Assembly (NCBI GenBank): GCA_002269645.1
Contig: NIVC01000622.1
Location: 1-64,000 of the forward strand
DNA: 64,000 bases
Source: Macrostomum lignano
Taxonomy: Eukaryota
Reading direction: 5' to 3'
Position 1 is the stretch's first letter. The number at the start of each line of letters is the position of its first letter. The position numbers and the translations under genes are program-made. The notes under the pieces are model-generated. The model saw only the letters and a program-made list of their open reading frames with translations. It had not been told where the DNA came from and did no database searches. Positions 11,225 to 22,659 of the stretch are shown piece after piece.

Positions 11225-14200
11225 GGGTCGTTCTCAAAGCTAGGTCACAACTTTTTGTTATTGCAAAAAAAGTTTATACATCGACCAATAATCGTACAAA
11301 AAAAATTATTTCGACAATTTCTGTAAGAAGCTGCTACTAAAACCACAAGAAAACTTGAAATTGAGAAGAAATCAAGGCTATTTGTTATTCTTTGTTGCGG
11401 AAAATAAACGACAAAAATATTAAAGAGAAAATAAAATTTTCTTCTATTTTTATTTTAAATATGCAGTTAAATTTCTTTTGCAAAAATAAAAGAACAAGAA
11501 ATTGACAAAGGAAATGTTTTTGAGCACAGCATTTTGTTACTCTGCTCTAAATCCCAGACATTTAAAATTATCGTGTGCGAAAAAGTGCGAAATTATTATA
11601 GCATGCACTCGAAAGGACTTCGATCAGTTTAACTAATCACTGAATTAAGAAGTCTAAATAAGTCTTGAAAAGTTGAATTAAAAATCAAGTTTTCACTATG
11701 TATCTTTTCAAAGTCAAGATGATTCGACAAATAAAGAATGTTCATTTTTACGGTGAATAGAATTGTTCATTTTTACATTAAATATAATAAAATCTAACTA
11801 ATAATAGAAAAAGTCAGGGAACTATCCTTGAACACCAAAAAGCACATTGTGGATTTAATATCAACTGCATGTTCCTTAATAAAGGAATTCGGATTCTAGT
11901 ATATATTTGATTATTTGTAGCATAATTTCTGAAAACTATAACTTGCTTGATTTTACTTTAAGTACTTATTACATTAATACTTATACCAAAGCTGCATGTA
12001 CTTAAAATAAAAAATTATAGTTACTTATTAGACATTTTACTCCAATTAACTTAAAATAATTCAAATTTATTTTAATCAATTCATTTTTTGAAACTTTTTG
12101 GAAAATAGACAAAATTGAATTATTTAATTACCAAAAACCTACTAGCTTAACTAAAATAGCAGTTAGTCTTTAAAAAAAGATTTCACTTGTTAATTGAGAA
12201 AAATGAGTGTGTGCGAGGTGTAAAAATGCGAAAGAGCATGCAGGAAACAGAGACAAACAAAAATGTAGGTAAAAGACACTGCACATGCACATAATATGAT
12301 AACCAGACATAATGCGCACACTGAAACACCAGTAGCAATGACGCCCAAGCTTTTGATGATCACAAGCGAAAAGGCAAAACCCAGCCATCAATCAAAGAAG
12401 TAGACTATAGCACGCATCTTGAGTGCATCACGCATTTTTTGCAGAGAAGCTCGAAAATTAACATTGTATTCTGTGCACAACCACCAACTGCGACAGGGTC
12501 TGCCGGGGGATTTGTGGGCACGCGGTCGCGGATACAAATCGGAGGAGTCGCTGACCATTCTGAAATTACTAGCTAGTACATGTAATTTTGTGTATTAATA
12601 TATTTAGCCCGCTTTATTTCTATGCTCTCGTCCGCCTCTCGTTAATGCATCCCCAGACTCATGGAATAATCAAACTTATGATCGAACTATGCATGGCTTC
12701 CGTCCCTCGCTTTGAATCTCTCACCTCCCCATAGTTCCATCAACCTTACCGTAGTGGCTTCCTATGCAAAAATCATCCCTCCGCATCTTACACAGGCTAC
12801 TTCAGGCTGTAGACTGTACTACACTATTAATTAGTTGCGCTAAGGAATCTACATGTATTTTGCTCGCAGCGCAACGCGCTGCTCAAAGAAGTTTAGATCT
12901 ATCTAGATATTCTAGTAATTTCAGGTTTGTCCATAGACTAGAGCTCATGAGATGAGAATTCCATTAACTAGTACATTTAATATGAATGAACTGCGTGTGT
13001 GTGTGCTGTGCACACATATGTATAATATACGAGTAGTTTATGGGCCAAATTATTGTGTGGCACAATTCTTGGCATCACTCAGCAGGCACAAGATGCAGTT
13101 AAGCAGCGCACGAAAATTCTACAAAAGAAATTGAGCCTGGTTGAGGTGATGCGAGGAGGCAGATCCACACAATCTCAGTGAATACACCAGACTGCACCAG
13201 ATACGAGTCCAGTCGAATGTGCGCACTGGTCTAAGCAGCACACGCATGTCCTTCTGACAATGACGGCACCTAGCTTCGTCCAAGCCTTTGCCAGCGTCAC
13301 TGACAGCGTCAATACTACCATGCAGTGCCACCTGCAGCACCGACAACGGCAATTCCTCCAGTTAGCCCACAACAGTGGCTAAACTGAGGGACATGGAACC
13401 TACCCGCAGAAGACACACACATACACACACAGCACCGGCAGCAGCACTCTGACAGCATAACCTAAAGCTCCATGAGCTCAGTTTTCAAGCATTGAAGAAG
13501 CAGAAGCAGTCATCTTGAATCCAGGGATCAGGAAGAGTGTTGCATGTCCGACATGTGCTGTTTCCGTGGCAAAAGGTGATGGAGCAAATTAATCAACACT
13601 TACTATCTAGCTCGTATTAAGACTAAAAACTGAGGCAAGCTGGGATTAAACCAAAGAAAATTTTTTACTATACTTTTTTACCATGTACTTTTACTATACT
13701 TCTATAGTATAGTAGAGAGGTACTCTATTTAAATGCAGTAAGAAGTGAAACAAATTTATATATTTAATTATTAAAATTAAATTAATTCAAGGTAAATAAC
13801 TAATTTAACCAATTTATTAGAAGTATTTAATATTTTAATAAATTGATTTTTATACCTTACACGAAATAAGCTCTACATTCATTTCTTAGCTTGGGGCCCA
13901 TCTGTATAAGGTCAGTTTCTTCAAAATGCTGATTAATTAATTAAGGCCTGTTGTCTTTACTTAAATTTATAAGGGCATCTTAGAAGTTAATATTACTATA
14001 TAATACATGTATAATATTATTACTATATTATAATAATATAGTTGCAATTTTAATGACTATTGAATAAGTCTAAATGCTTCCCCTATTGACTCTAAATATA
14101 TGGTATCTTTACCTTCAGAAAAAATTAGCATAGAATGACTTGATGAAAACAAAAAAAATCATTTCGAGATACACATTTGCTGATCATTCAGGTCAAATTT

Positions 14201-15027
14201 CAAGGTCCAGTTTTGCACATGTTTCTCTGTAGCTTGGTTACAAGGATTTTAATAAAAAATATAATAAATATGTCCAATGTACTAACTGATACATAGCCAA
14301 ATTGAAGTATTTTCAAAAACAAAAAAAATCATTTGCTCAGTTTACTTTACTGGATATCTGTGTAAAATTTCAGCTCAAAAGGTGCTCCATGGAGAATGCT
14401 AGTGTGGTTACAGGATATTTATTTTGTGCTTCAAAGTAGGAGTTTATTGCGATGCATGGTTGCTTTTAATTATTTTTATCAACAATAGTGCTCTATTTCA
14501 TAACAATTTTTTACAAAAAGATAAAAAGACATGTTTTTCTAATTATCTGCATCAAAATGTATCATTTTAAGCGCACATTCTAGACGTCAGCTGAAAAAAT
14601 ACATTTTGTGAGACGCAAAGAGGCTATCCCACCGGAAATGCTAGGCGTACAGTTAAGCGTCTATAAAATCATTTATAGTGCAGTTTATTGAGCTTTAAAA
14701 AAATCTTAAATTAAATTTATATAAGCTTTAATTTTAAATGTAATATAGCAAGGTTTCAACACAACAACAACTTTTTTTTAGCTACAGACATCTTGTAGTA
14801 CCAAAAATTAACATCGGTGAAATGATTGAATTTGAATTTTTTCATCGCTAATTATCGCTTAATACCGCCAGATGATTAAAAAACACTTTTGCATGATAAA
14901 GTTTAACCCAAAAATTATCTTTATTCACAGATAAAAGTGTCCTATTATTTTCAATATGGCAGTAACAATAGTAAATGTTCGGAAAATTGTTAAAATTTTT
15001 GCTCCTCCTAGAATTTGCGAACGACCC
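11225..15027. mobile_element. Non-autonomous DNA transposon (3803 bp) nested in the retrotransposon ORF2
   Basis: Imperfect TIR of about 20 bp (GGGTCGTTC(T/G)CAAA..CTAGG) at both ends, with TGCA on both sides (11221-11224, 15028-15031). Removal restores LDLHLQEL in frame. The interior is AT-rich with no transposase ORF. Confidence 0.85.
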
Positions 15028-15803
15028 TGCAGATCAAGGGCAGCCTTGTAGGCCGCCCAATCAGTGTTGCGGATATTGCGTCTCCAAGTGATCGGAGACT
15101 GGGTTTTAGTGTCCGCGATGTTAAAGGCGATAAAGCAGTGGTCAGACAGGGAGGGCTCCTCAGACCAGACTCTCCACTCCTCAACTCTGTCAAAGAGTCT
15201 TGGGGTAACGAGTGTGGCGTCGAGGACCTCGGTCCATCTGCCATTATTAAAGGTAGGAGTGCTGCCGCGGTTGCAGAGCATGAGGTTTGTGTTAGAGATG
15301 AGGGCCAGAAGCTCCTCTCCTCTAGTGTTGGTATCTTTGCTGCCCCAGTGCTTGTGGTGCGCGTTGAGGTCGCCCCCTAAGCACAGCTCAGCGTTCTGGG
15401 ACTCGCAGTACTGCGCGAGGCGCAGTAAACTCTCAGGAGCAGGGTCTCTGTCGCCTGGGATATAAACCGAGGCAACAAGACACGTACGCGGAGAGAAATG
15501 ATTAGATTGGATGACACAAAGGTCTCCATCAGAGAGATCAGTCCTCAGCCAAGCTTGGAGATGGCTAGCAGCGAGGATAGCCGCTCTAGGGCGGCTGTTC
15601 CCCGGGCCACACACATAAAAATCAGAGTAGCCAGAGGGAATGTTGGGCAACTTACCGTTGCGCATCCAGGGTTCCTGGATCAGGATGAGGCCTGGCCTGT
15701 ACAGCTCAGCAATCTTCATCAGATTTACTGACGCAGATACGCAATGCTGTAAATTAATTTGCAGACAGAATGTCGCTCCTTTGGCAGCGTGGAGCTTAGT
15801 CAT
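15028..15803 (-). CDS. Retrotransposon ORF2, 5' part: apurinic-type (APE) endonuclease
   Basis: LQINL, LIQEP, ASVYIP, GGDLNAHH, NRGSTPTF, LDATL, SDH. Confidence 0.95.
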
Positions 15804-15826
15804 ACTGTATTAAATGCAATTTCTGG

Positions 15827-17404
15827 CTAGAGCCCAGGGCCATCAAGGAGACTTGGACAACAGATCGTCCTCGTCCCAGGCCGCTGGGCTTGACTGGGAG
15901 ATGGGAGTTGGTCGACGTCCATGGCCTCCTCACCCCCACCGGCCCCCCCAGCAGAGTCCTCAGGCTCCGATGACAGGATGGAGGAAGCTTCCTCACCTGC
16001 ATCTTTACCTTCAGACCCCACCAAGGTGGCCGAGGAGAGCTCGGATTCCGAAGACCCGGCCTCGTCCTCAACTCCTTCTCCGACTGGCAGGTTTGGTTCC
16101 CGGGGCTTGGCCGGAGCCGTTACCACGGTCGCCGAACTGCTGCTAGCAGACGGGCGGGATGCAGCTTTGGCTTTGGGATCGGCTTGCGCCTTTCCTTGGG
16201 CCTTAGACTGCGCCCCGCTCTTGCCGGAGATGCCGGGGTTGGCAGTAGCCTTCCCTTTGGCAGACTTTCCTCGGCGCATCTTGAGCTTGAGGGCACCCAG
16301 CTGGAAAGAGGATCCATTAGGGTACCGACTCGCCCAAGTGCTGGAAAGGCCGAGGACAATTGAGTTGCCCGTCTCCCCCCTGCGGACTTTACGGTGATAC
16401 ACCAGTCCACTAGCAGGGAGGTCGGGGTTCAGACGCAGTAGGACCCGGCGAATAACGTCTGGTCCAGCTGCGGTGCTCTTAGCAGGGACGAAAACCACAT
16501 AGGGTATCGTCTTTGGACGCTGGCCCTCGCGAAGAAAAAGAGCTCCGCCAAGGTCAGCATCCAAGGAGACCGTCGGTAGCCGCTGGAGCAGCCGCCGAGC
16601 GTCCTCCTCGCTGCTAGGAGCAATAAGAACGAATGTGCTTCGCAGCACCATCCGCTCAATGCCGATGGAGATTCCCTCCTCGACAGTCAGCTCAATCAGA
16701 TAGGAGTCAACAGCACTCCACACTTTTTGAAGCTGATCAGTGGTCCAGTCCTGGTCGCGACCTTGGATGATCACTCCCGGGATTTTGGCCTTGGCCTTCG
16801 CCGCAAAGGTAGCTCCCGAAGGAACCTCCTTGTTGGCAGTGGCCATTTGTTGCGCCGTGGTTTCGGCCTCAGCAGCCGCGGCAGCAGCTCCAGGGAGCGC
16901 CGCCGCTGAACTACTGGAGCTTCCACCGGCCGGCCCGCCTGGTTGCCTTGGGACTCCAGTCGCTTCAGCATCCATGGTGGACGCCGCCGCTTTGGCCCCC
17001 GCAGCTCCCTTCTTGGCCTGCCTTTTGGCGCGTTGTTTAGCGCGTTTGCGCTCAAGCCGAGCCCGCTGAGCTTCATCGGATCTGCCAGATTTGGCCGGTC
17101 CTTTAGGCTCAGAGCTCGCGGTTCCCTTAGATCCACCAGCGGAGCTGGCAGGTCTTTGGGTATTTTGAGTTTGGTAGCTCTGGTCGGATCTGCCAGCAGA
17201 GCCAGCCGGTCCTTCCTTTGCCACAGTTGAATCAGTCGGTTGGGATCTGCCAGCAGGGCCGGCCGGTCCTTCGGACTGAGGTTGGGGTTTAGAAGGGTCC
17301 CCGTCCCTAGAGTTAGCTTGATTATCCATAGACGGCTCGAAGGCCATGATAAAAGGTTGGTGGGCTACCCTCAAAGGGGCGCGGTACCCACCCGGCCGCT
17401 CCAC
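15827..17404 (-). CDS. Retrotransposon ORF1 (gag-like, low-complexity flanks, central folded domain)
   Basis: Intact 525-aa ORF directly upstream of ORF2. No CCHC knuckle is visible. Confidence 0.85.
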   Translation of the reverse strand: MERPGGYRAPLRVAHQPFIMAFEPSMDNQANSRDGDPSKPQPQSEGPAGPAGRSQPTDSTVAKEGPAGSAGRSDQSYQTQNTQRPASSAGGSKGTASSEPKGPAKSGRSDEAQRARLERKRAKQRAKRQAKKGAAGAKAAASTMDAEATGVPRQPGGPAGGSSSSSAAALPGAAAAAAEAETTAQQMATANKEVPSGATFAAKAKAKIPGVIIQGRDQDWTTDQLQKVWSAVDSYLIELTVEEGISIGIERMVLRSTFVLIAPSSEEDARRLLQRLPTVSLDADLGGALFLREGQRPKTIPYVVFVPAKSTAAGPDVIRRVLLRLNPDLPASGLVYHRKVRRGETGNSIVLGLSSTWASRYPNGSSFQLGALKLKMRRGKSAKGKATANPGISGKSGAQSKAQGKAQADPKAKAASRPSASSSSATVVTAPAKPREPNLPVGEGVEDEAGSSESELSSATLVGSEGKDAGEEASSILSSEPEDSAGGAGGGEEAMDVDQLPSPSQAQRPGTRTICCPSLLDGPGL

Positions 17405-17865
17405 CTGACCGGGCAGTAGGCCAATAGCACCCTCAAGGCTGGCCCGACACCAGGAGGGGGACCGCTTGCGACCGGACTACTCCCCGGCCTTCCAGCCCAT
17501 CGGCACGGTCAACACCTTAGGCATTAGAGAGTACGTTGAGCAGTACCACGGCCTGCAGGTTGGCGAGCCAGACCCGCATACCCAAATTCGGCCGAAGCCA
17601 CTGGATAGGGTCGCCAGCGCCGGAGCCCAGTCTGTCCAGCAGCCCTAGGGACTGCCTTGAACACACGCGGGGACGAGTACCCTGGGTCGACTTGCGAGAC
17701 AGCGTGGGGGGGGGTCTGCGGCTGCCAGAGGCAAATAGAGGGTGCAGACCTCCCACCAGCCTTGACCTGCTGAAGATAGGGGCAGGCGTGAAGCATCGCA
17801 GACCTTAGCCCATGGGCCTAGTCTGTCTCATACTTCACTGGCATGCTGAATACGCCTTCGCGTGC

Positions 17866-20800
17866 ATGATCACACCTAAGTAGCTATTAAAGATATGGAG
17901 TTCTTTGAATGTTGGCTTTGACATATTTGCCTGAATAACAGCAGGCTCTGATGAGGTAACAAGTTTCAGGTTTGTTCTTTTCCGCTCATTCTCAAGAGTC
18001 TTGCCATAGACAGAGTTGTTGGCCAACTTAAAGAGGTTCTTGTCAAAGTCGTTGGTTGCTTTGGTCCTAAACTGGGTGTTCTTATCAATGTAGGGTTTCA
18101 TCCACGCTTCCTCTGTAAATGTAAGAGCCCGGTGAACTTTGGTGACCCTGCAACCAAGTGAGATAAAATATTGAAGCAGTTTGTAATGAATTTTGTAACG
18201 TGTCTTGTTGTTTAGATTCTGTGTTAGTTTCTCTGTATGTTCTTTTTCTGTTCCTGACAGGTGCCAAGTTCCATTGGGAGTTTCGATTATTTTCGGGCAC
18301 TTGATGTTCTCTGGGAAGGGTGGAAAGTCAGAGAAATAGTCGTGAAGCTCTGGTGGAATGTAAACATCAACCTCATAAATGGCAGCCAATGAAAAGTCCC
18401 ACTTTAGTTCTGATGAAGGTAGCCATCGAAAATCTCTAACTGGAAGATCTTGACTCATCGCCCAACCGTAGAGATTATTAGCGTCCAAGTAAGTAATGTA
18501 GTTTGAGGGCTGCTCCTTATTGTAAGATTCAATGTAGGGATTGTTTGCTTTCGCATACCTGTTAACGCAAATTGAGATCCCCCTCGCTTTGACGATTCGA
18601 CAAAATTGTACATGTCAATGTCTGTAAGAAGTTCAATGTACCAATCTGGATCTTGATCCCATTTCATTTTAAGCAAAGATTCCCAGCTAGTGGCAGGCAG
18701 AGACACATAATGTGCTGGATCGAGGCCATATGCTGTGTACCAGGTATATCTGAAGGTTTCAAACACATCGGCCAGCAGAAACACATCTGTGTAGAGGTAA
18801 AGCAGGTGATACTGGAAGAAGTTTTGACAATTAAAGTAATTATAGACATGCTTCGCGTGCTCATAGTCTTTGTCAGAGATTCCAGAGTCTGTTAGCTTTG
18901 AAAAGAACTTTTCTTGTGGTGGTAAACCTTCTTCAAATACGTGATAACCGGTAATATTCTCATAGGGGTAGAAGCCTTTCTTTCTTAAAAGTTTAAATGA
19001 TTCATCACTGTTGTAAATTTTACTTGCAAACATCTTTGTATATGTACATTGTTCATCTTTTAGATTCTTGCTTAGTTCGTCTAGACTGGCAGCTAGAAAT
19101 TGATATGAATCCTTCAGTCTTATTTTACCTGTACCCAAATTATCCTGTTTAATATCAACACACTTAAACTTCTCCTTGTTCTCTGCGATGCAGTCAAGGT
19201 GTATGTCTGGAATCATGCCGATTTTTTCAACTATTAAATGCATGTCATAGTTCTTTGCGTTGTGACAAAATATCGTTAGATCATGAATGTTCGATTTTAG
19301 CTTTAGATTACAGGTGTTATGCGCTGCACCTCTAAATTTCCCAGTAAAGTGGCAGTGGTCCCTAACGGTGGGGTTTTTAATATCAGTGCAAGTTAACTGT
19401 TTCCTGCAGATGTGGCAATGAGTTTCTGATAGGAAATTGCTTTCATCCTCCTCAGTCATCATTATTGGAACAGGTTGAAGGGTGCTAATAACTTTTTGCA
19501 ACTCTAACATTCTGGCAATAAACTGCTCCACACACTGCTCTCCAAAAAAATAATTATACTCAACAAGTCCTTTTGTAGTAATAAAGACATATGCTACTGA
19601 ATTGGGGACATGTTTTTGAGTTTGAGTTTGTTTTTGAGTTGGAGTTTGTTTTTGAGTTTCTGGCATGATTGAGCATTCGAAATCAGCATATACAACAAAT
19701 GGGAGCTTCTCCATCTTGTGATAGTTCTTAAACCGGAGATACTTCTCTTCAGCTGAAGGAAGAGAGCAGTTGGTCGGGTGATCCTCGCATGATAATTCAT
19801 GTTCTGTTAGTTTTTCAAAGCGTTCAAGTCCACTGTAATGCTTAAGGCACAAGCGACAGATGGCAACAGCCTCGTGATGATTATTCAACTGCTTGTGAAT
19901 GAGTCTTGAGAGATCTTTAATCCAAACATAGTGAGCCTCCTCTAGTAAATTACCAATCACTAGAAGATCCACTACAGTCCGCCTTTTCCCCTCAGGATCT
20001 AAAACGTCTTTGCTACATCTGACCGGTTGAACTTTTCAGTTTTCTCACTCCACTCAAAGACTGTGATTCTAATTTTGTTATTAAACACTTCTTCTAGCTT
20101 AGGGATCTGAGAAATCGCCAAGCCTCCTTTGTCAAACCTGATTCCCTTCTTTTCACATTCGATGAGATAGTCCTTGAAATAATTTTGATAATTTGAGGTT
20201 CTTTCAGGGTGGTGAGGGACACTTTCATGAAGAAGTGCAGAAAGAACTGCCCATAGAGCACAGCAATTGTCTTTATTTTTAACATTTATGCAAGCTTTTT
20301 TGCCGGCAAGCTTATGCGGGAGCTCTATATAAGAGGAGGCTTTAAGTGGGTCATATTTCATGACCATGGCAGTCGCTCTTTGAATCCCTCCCACGACCCA
20401 TCCGGAACCTCTGGATGTAAACGCTTCAATTTTCTTAGTGACATCTTGAAGGAAAGGATCTAGTGTGTCTGTAGGGGTGAATGGCTTCGCCTTTGTTGTC
20501 ATGTAATACTCGAGATGCTCAGTGGGTTTTGCAGGCATATAAAACGCAATCTTGAATGATATCTGTAGTTTAAAGGTCTTGCGTGTTTTGAGTGTGTGAT
20601 CAACAACTGATTGGATGCTGTCTTTATAGTCGAAGATGTTTGCGGTGGTATCCTTAATTGGGATTGTGTACTCTACGTAATGTTCTGTAAACTTCCTCTG
20701 TGCAAAATTAATCTCTTCAATGGCAAGCTCCGACTCTTTTAAATGGATTAATTGCTCTAATTTCTCTTGTTCCTGCTTATTTTGTGGGTACTTTGCTTTT

Positions 20801-21063
20801 TCACCAGTGAGAGTTTCGTATTTGTTAACTAAGTTGCGACTCCTCTCTTGGTGTTCCTTTGCAGGATTTTTTATAGGCGCATACTGGTTGGATTCTAATT
20901 GATTGATGATTTCCAACTGTTTTTCATAGCTTCCCAGGTGACCAGGGTCGGTGTTAAACTTTTGTTTACATGATTCTCTTAGTAAATTACTTTTGTCTTG
21001 AAATGAGACGCCTTTTGAAAAATATTTGTTGACTAAATCTTTTGCTGGATTGGCTTTTGGCAT
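17866..21063 (-). pseudogene. polB: Protein-primed DNA polymerase B, 5' part (N-terminal region, exonuclease, endonuclease VII-like insert, motifs A/B); 1-bp frameshifts at about 20025 and about 18580
   Basis: RGSGW, CINVKNKDNCC, VYADFEC, VRDHCHFTGKFRGAAHNTCN, CHNAKNYD, KDSYQFL, KGFYPYE, TDVFLLADVFE, DANNLYGWAMSQ, KLANNSVYGKT. Confidence 0.95.
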
Positions 21064-21186
21064 TTTTTTCTCTAAAATATAAAAAAAATTGAGGGTGACC
21101 ACCCTGGTAGAAAAGTTGAACTGTTTCTACATCCTATAAGTAGCGTTAGGTTCATGAAGCTGGATAAAGTGGGATTTTAAACCTCA

Positions 21187-21633
21187 TCACATGCGCATTA
21201 TTGTAAACCCAGCATTGTGCAGTGTCATGATGGCTTTGACAATGTCAGACTTGCTTACAGAATTTTCATGCTCACAATCATCACGATCGGGGCAGCCCTC
21301 TCCTGCCTTAATTGTTATACCTTTGTCTCTTGCAATCTTTTGCAATTCAAGCTGGTGGGCTCTATCATTACCAGCTTTAACAGCAGTTGCTACACCTCCA
21401 GCTACACCACCTGCGGCACTTACAGCGCCTGCAATGATTGGGATAAGAGCTGCTAATGGTAGGATTCCTCCTGACTTTTCATCTGTGATGCTGTGTCTTT
21501 GTTCATTACACTGAACTATTTGCTGCGTGGGATCGATTTTTACTTTGATACCTTTAATTGATATAAGACCTGGTTTCTTTGATTCAATGATTTTATTGAG
21601 TTTATTGATGGTTCTGGTTTCAATCTTTGTCAT
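21187..21633 (-). CDS. Virion core protein with an adenovirus pX-like hydrophobic segment
   Basis: KSGGILPLAALIPIIAGAVSAAGGVAGGVATA resembles the adenoviral pX C-terminus (RGGILPLLIPLIAAAIGAVPGIASVA). Confidence 0.7.
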   Translation of the reverse strand: MTKIETRTINKLNKIIESKKPGLISIKGIKVKIDPTQQIVQCNEQRHSITDEKSGGILPLAALIPIIAGAVSAAGGVAGGVATAVKAGNDRAHQLELQKIARDKGITIKAGEGCPDRDDCEHENSVSKSDIVKAIMTLHNAGFTIMRM

Positions 21634-21649
21634 TTTTTATTTTAATATT

Positions 21650-22629
21650 TTAATTAATTTCTGTGTCAGCTGGTATCACTAGGAGTTCAGCTCTAGTGAA
21701 TGACCGCGTGGGGGATTTAGGGTTAAAAGCCTGAGATAAAAAGTAATAGTCACCGGAGTCGGAGGTAAAATGTCTGTCTATTTTATGTACATCAAGGCTG
21801 AAGTATGGATCTGTAGCTCTTCTTTTAGTGTCCTTCTCTAGCTCTCCAGGTAGATATAAAAAGCGTAGAAACTCAGAGTTTGTCAGTATGTATGGTGATT
21901 CAACTCCTGGAAGCTTAGGGTAGTTCGAGGTGTCTGTTCTATGAGATGATTTAAGTTCGACAGTGTCTTGTTTAATTGCATGGGACGGTTTCAATCCAGT
22001 CATGCGTGTGACTTCATTGTTCAGTTGCTCTATAACAGTGGGGAGGCGGTCTGTCTATTTTGAATAGTACTGACCACTTTTTATTTTCAGCTCTTCAGCT
22101 GTCTGCTTAGTGAATAGCCTCTTGGCTAGAGTTAGATTGAATCTTTCCACAAAAGCCTGATCTCTGTGGAGCTCAGTTCTGCGTCATACTTATGTAGAAG
22201 TGATTTCACTGCCCCAAAGAGTTCTTTACCCGGGTCGGTCATAAAGATTTGGGGGTATGTGAGCGGAGAGTTTTTATAAATATCTTGGAGGGCGGCTGCA
22301 ACTGCTTCTGACTTCTTCGTCTTAAGCGGTCTCGCTTCCTTATATCTGGAGGCAACGTCTGTAATTGTAAGAGCATACTTGTAGCCTGAGTCGTTGGGGA
22401 GAAACAAAAGATCTGCTTGGTGCGCTTCATTAGGTTTATAGATGCTAAAGTGAGGTCTTGTAAATTTTACTGGTGGGAAATAGACTTGGTAGACTGCTTG
22501 CTTAGAGAGCCACTTTTCTACTTTAGCTTTTGGTTCCTCACTTAGTTCTGCGAGTTTGGTGACTGCATTTTTTCCTACAAAGAATCCTTTGTCGCTGTAG
22601 TAGAGTTTTTTAAGTTTCTGATCTGTCAT
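21650..22629 (-). pseudogene. Retroviral-like DDE integrase (c-integrase); frameshift/deletion at about 22165 and in-frame TAG at 22055-22057
   Basis: HQADL (D), ITDVASRY, MTDPGKE (D), HRDQAFVERFNLTL (E), then RLP...LNNEVTRMTGLKP...RATDP. Confidence 0.92.
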
Positions 22630-22659
22630 TTTTTTAAAAATAAAATTTAAAATAAAATA

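Larger units (their letters stand above)
8158..17865 (-). mobile_element. Full-length non-LTR retrotransposon with RNase H (LOA/R1-group), inserted in polB
   Basis: 12-bp TSD ATGATCACACCT at 8146-8157 and 17866-17877. Contains ORF1 and an APE-RT-RNaseH-CCHC ORF2; the 3' tail is ...CTAAGTCAAAGAAGTAAGTC. Confidence 0.95.

Noticed and set aside
13119-13372. Cys-rich ORFs inside the nested DNA transposon as a transposase remnant
   Set aside because: They are short, in conflicting frames, and show no DDE or zinc-finger spacing I can support.
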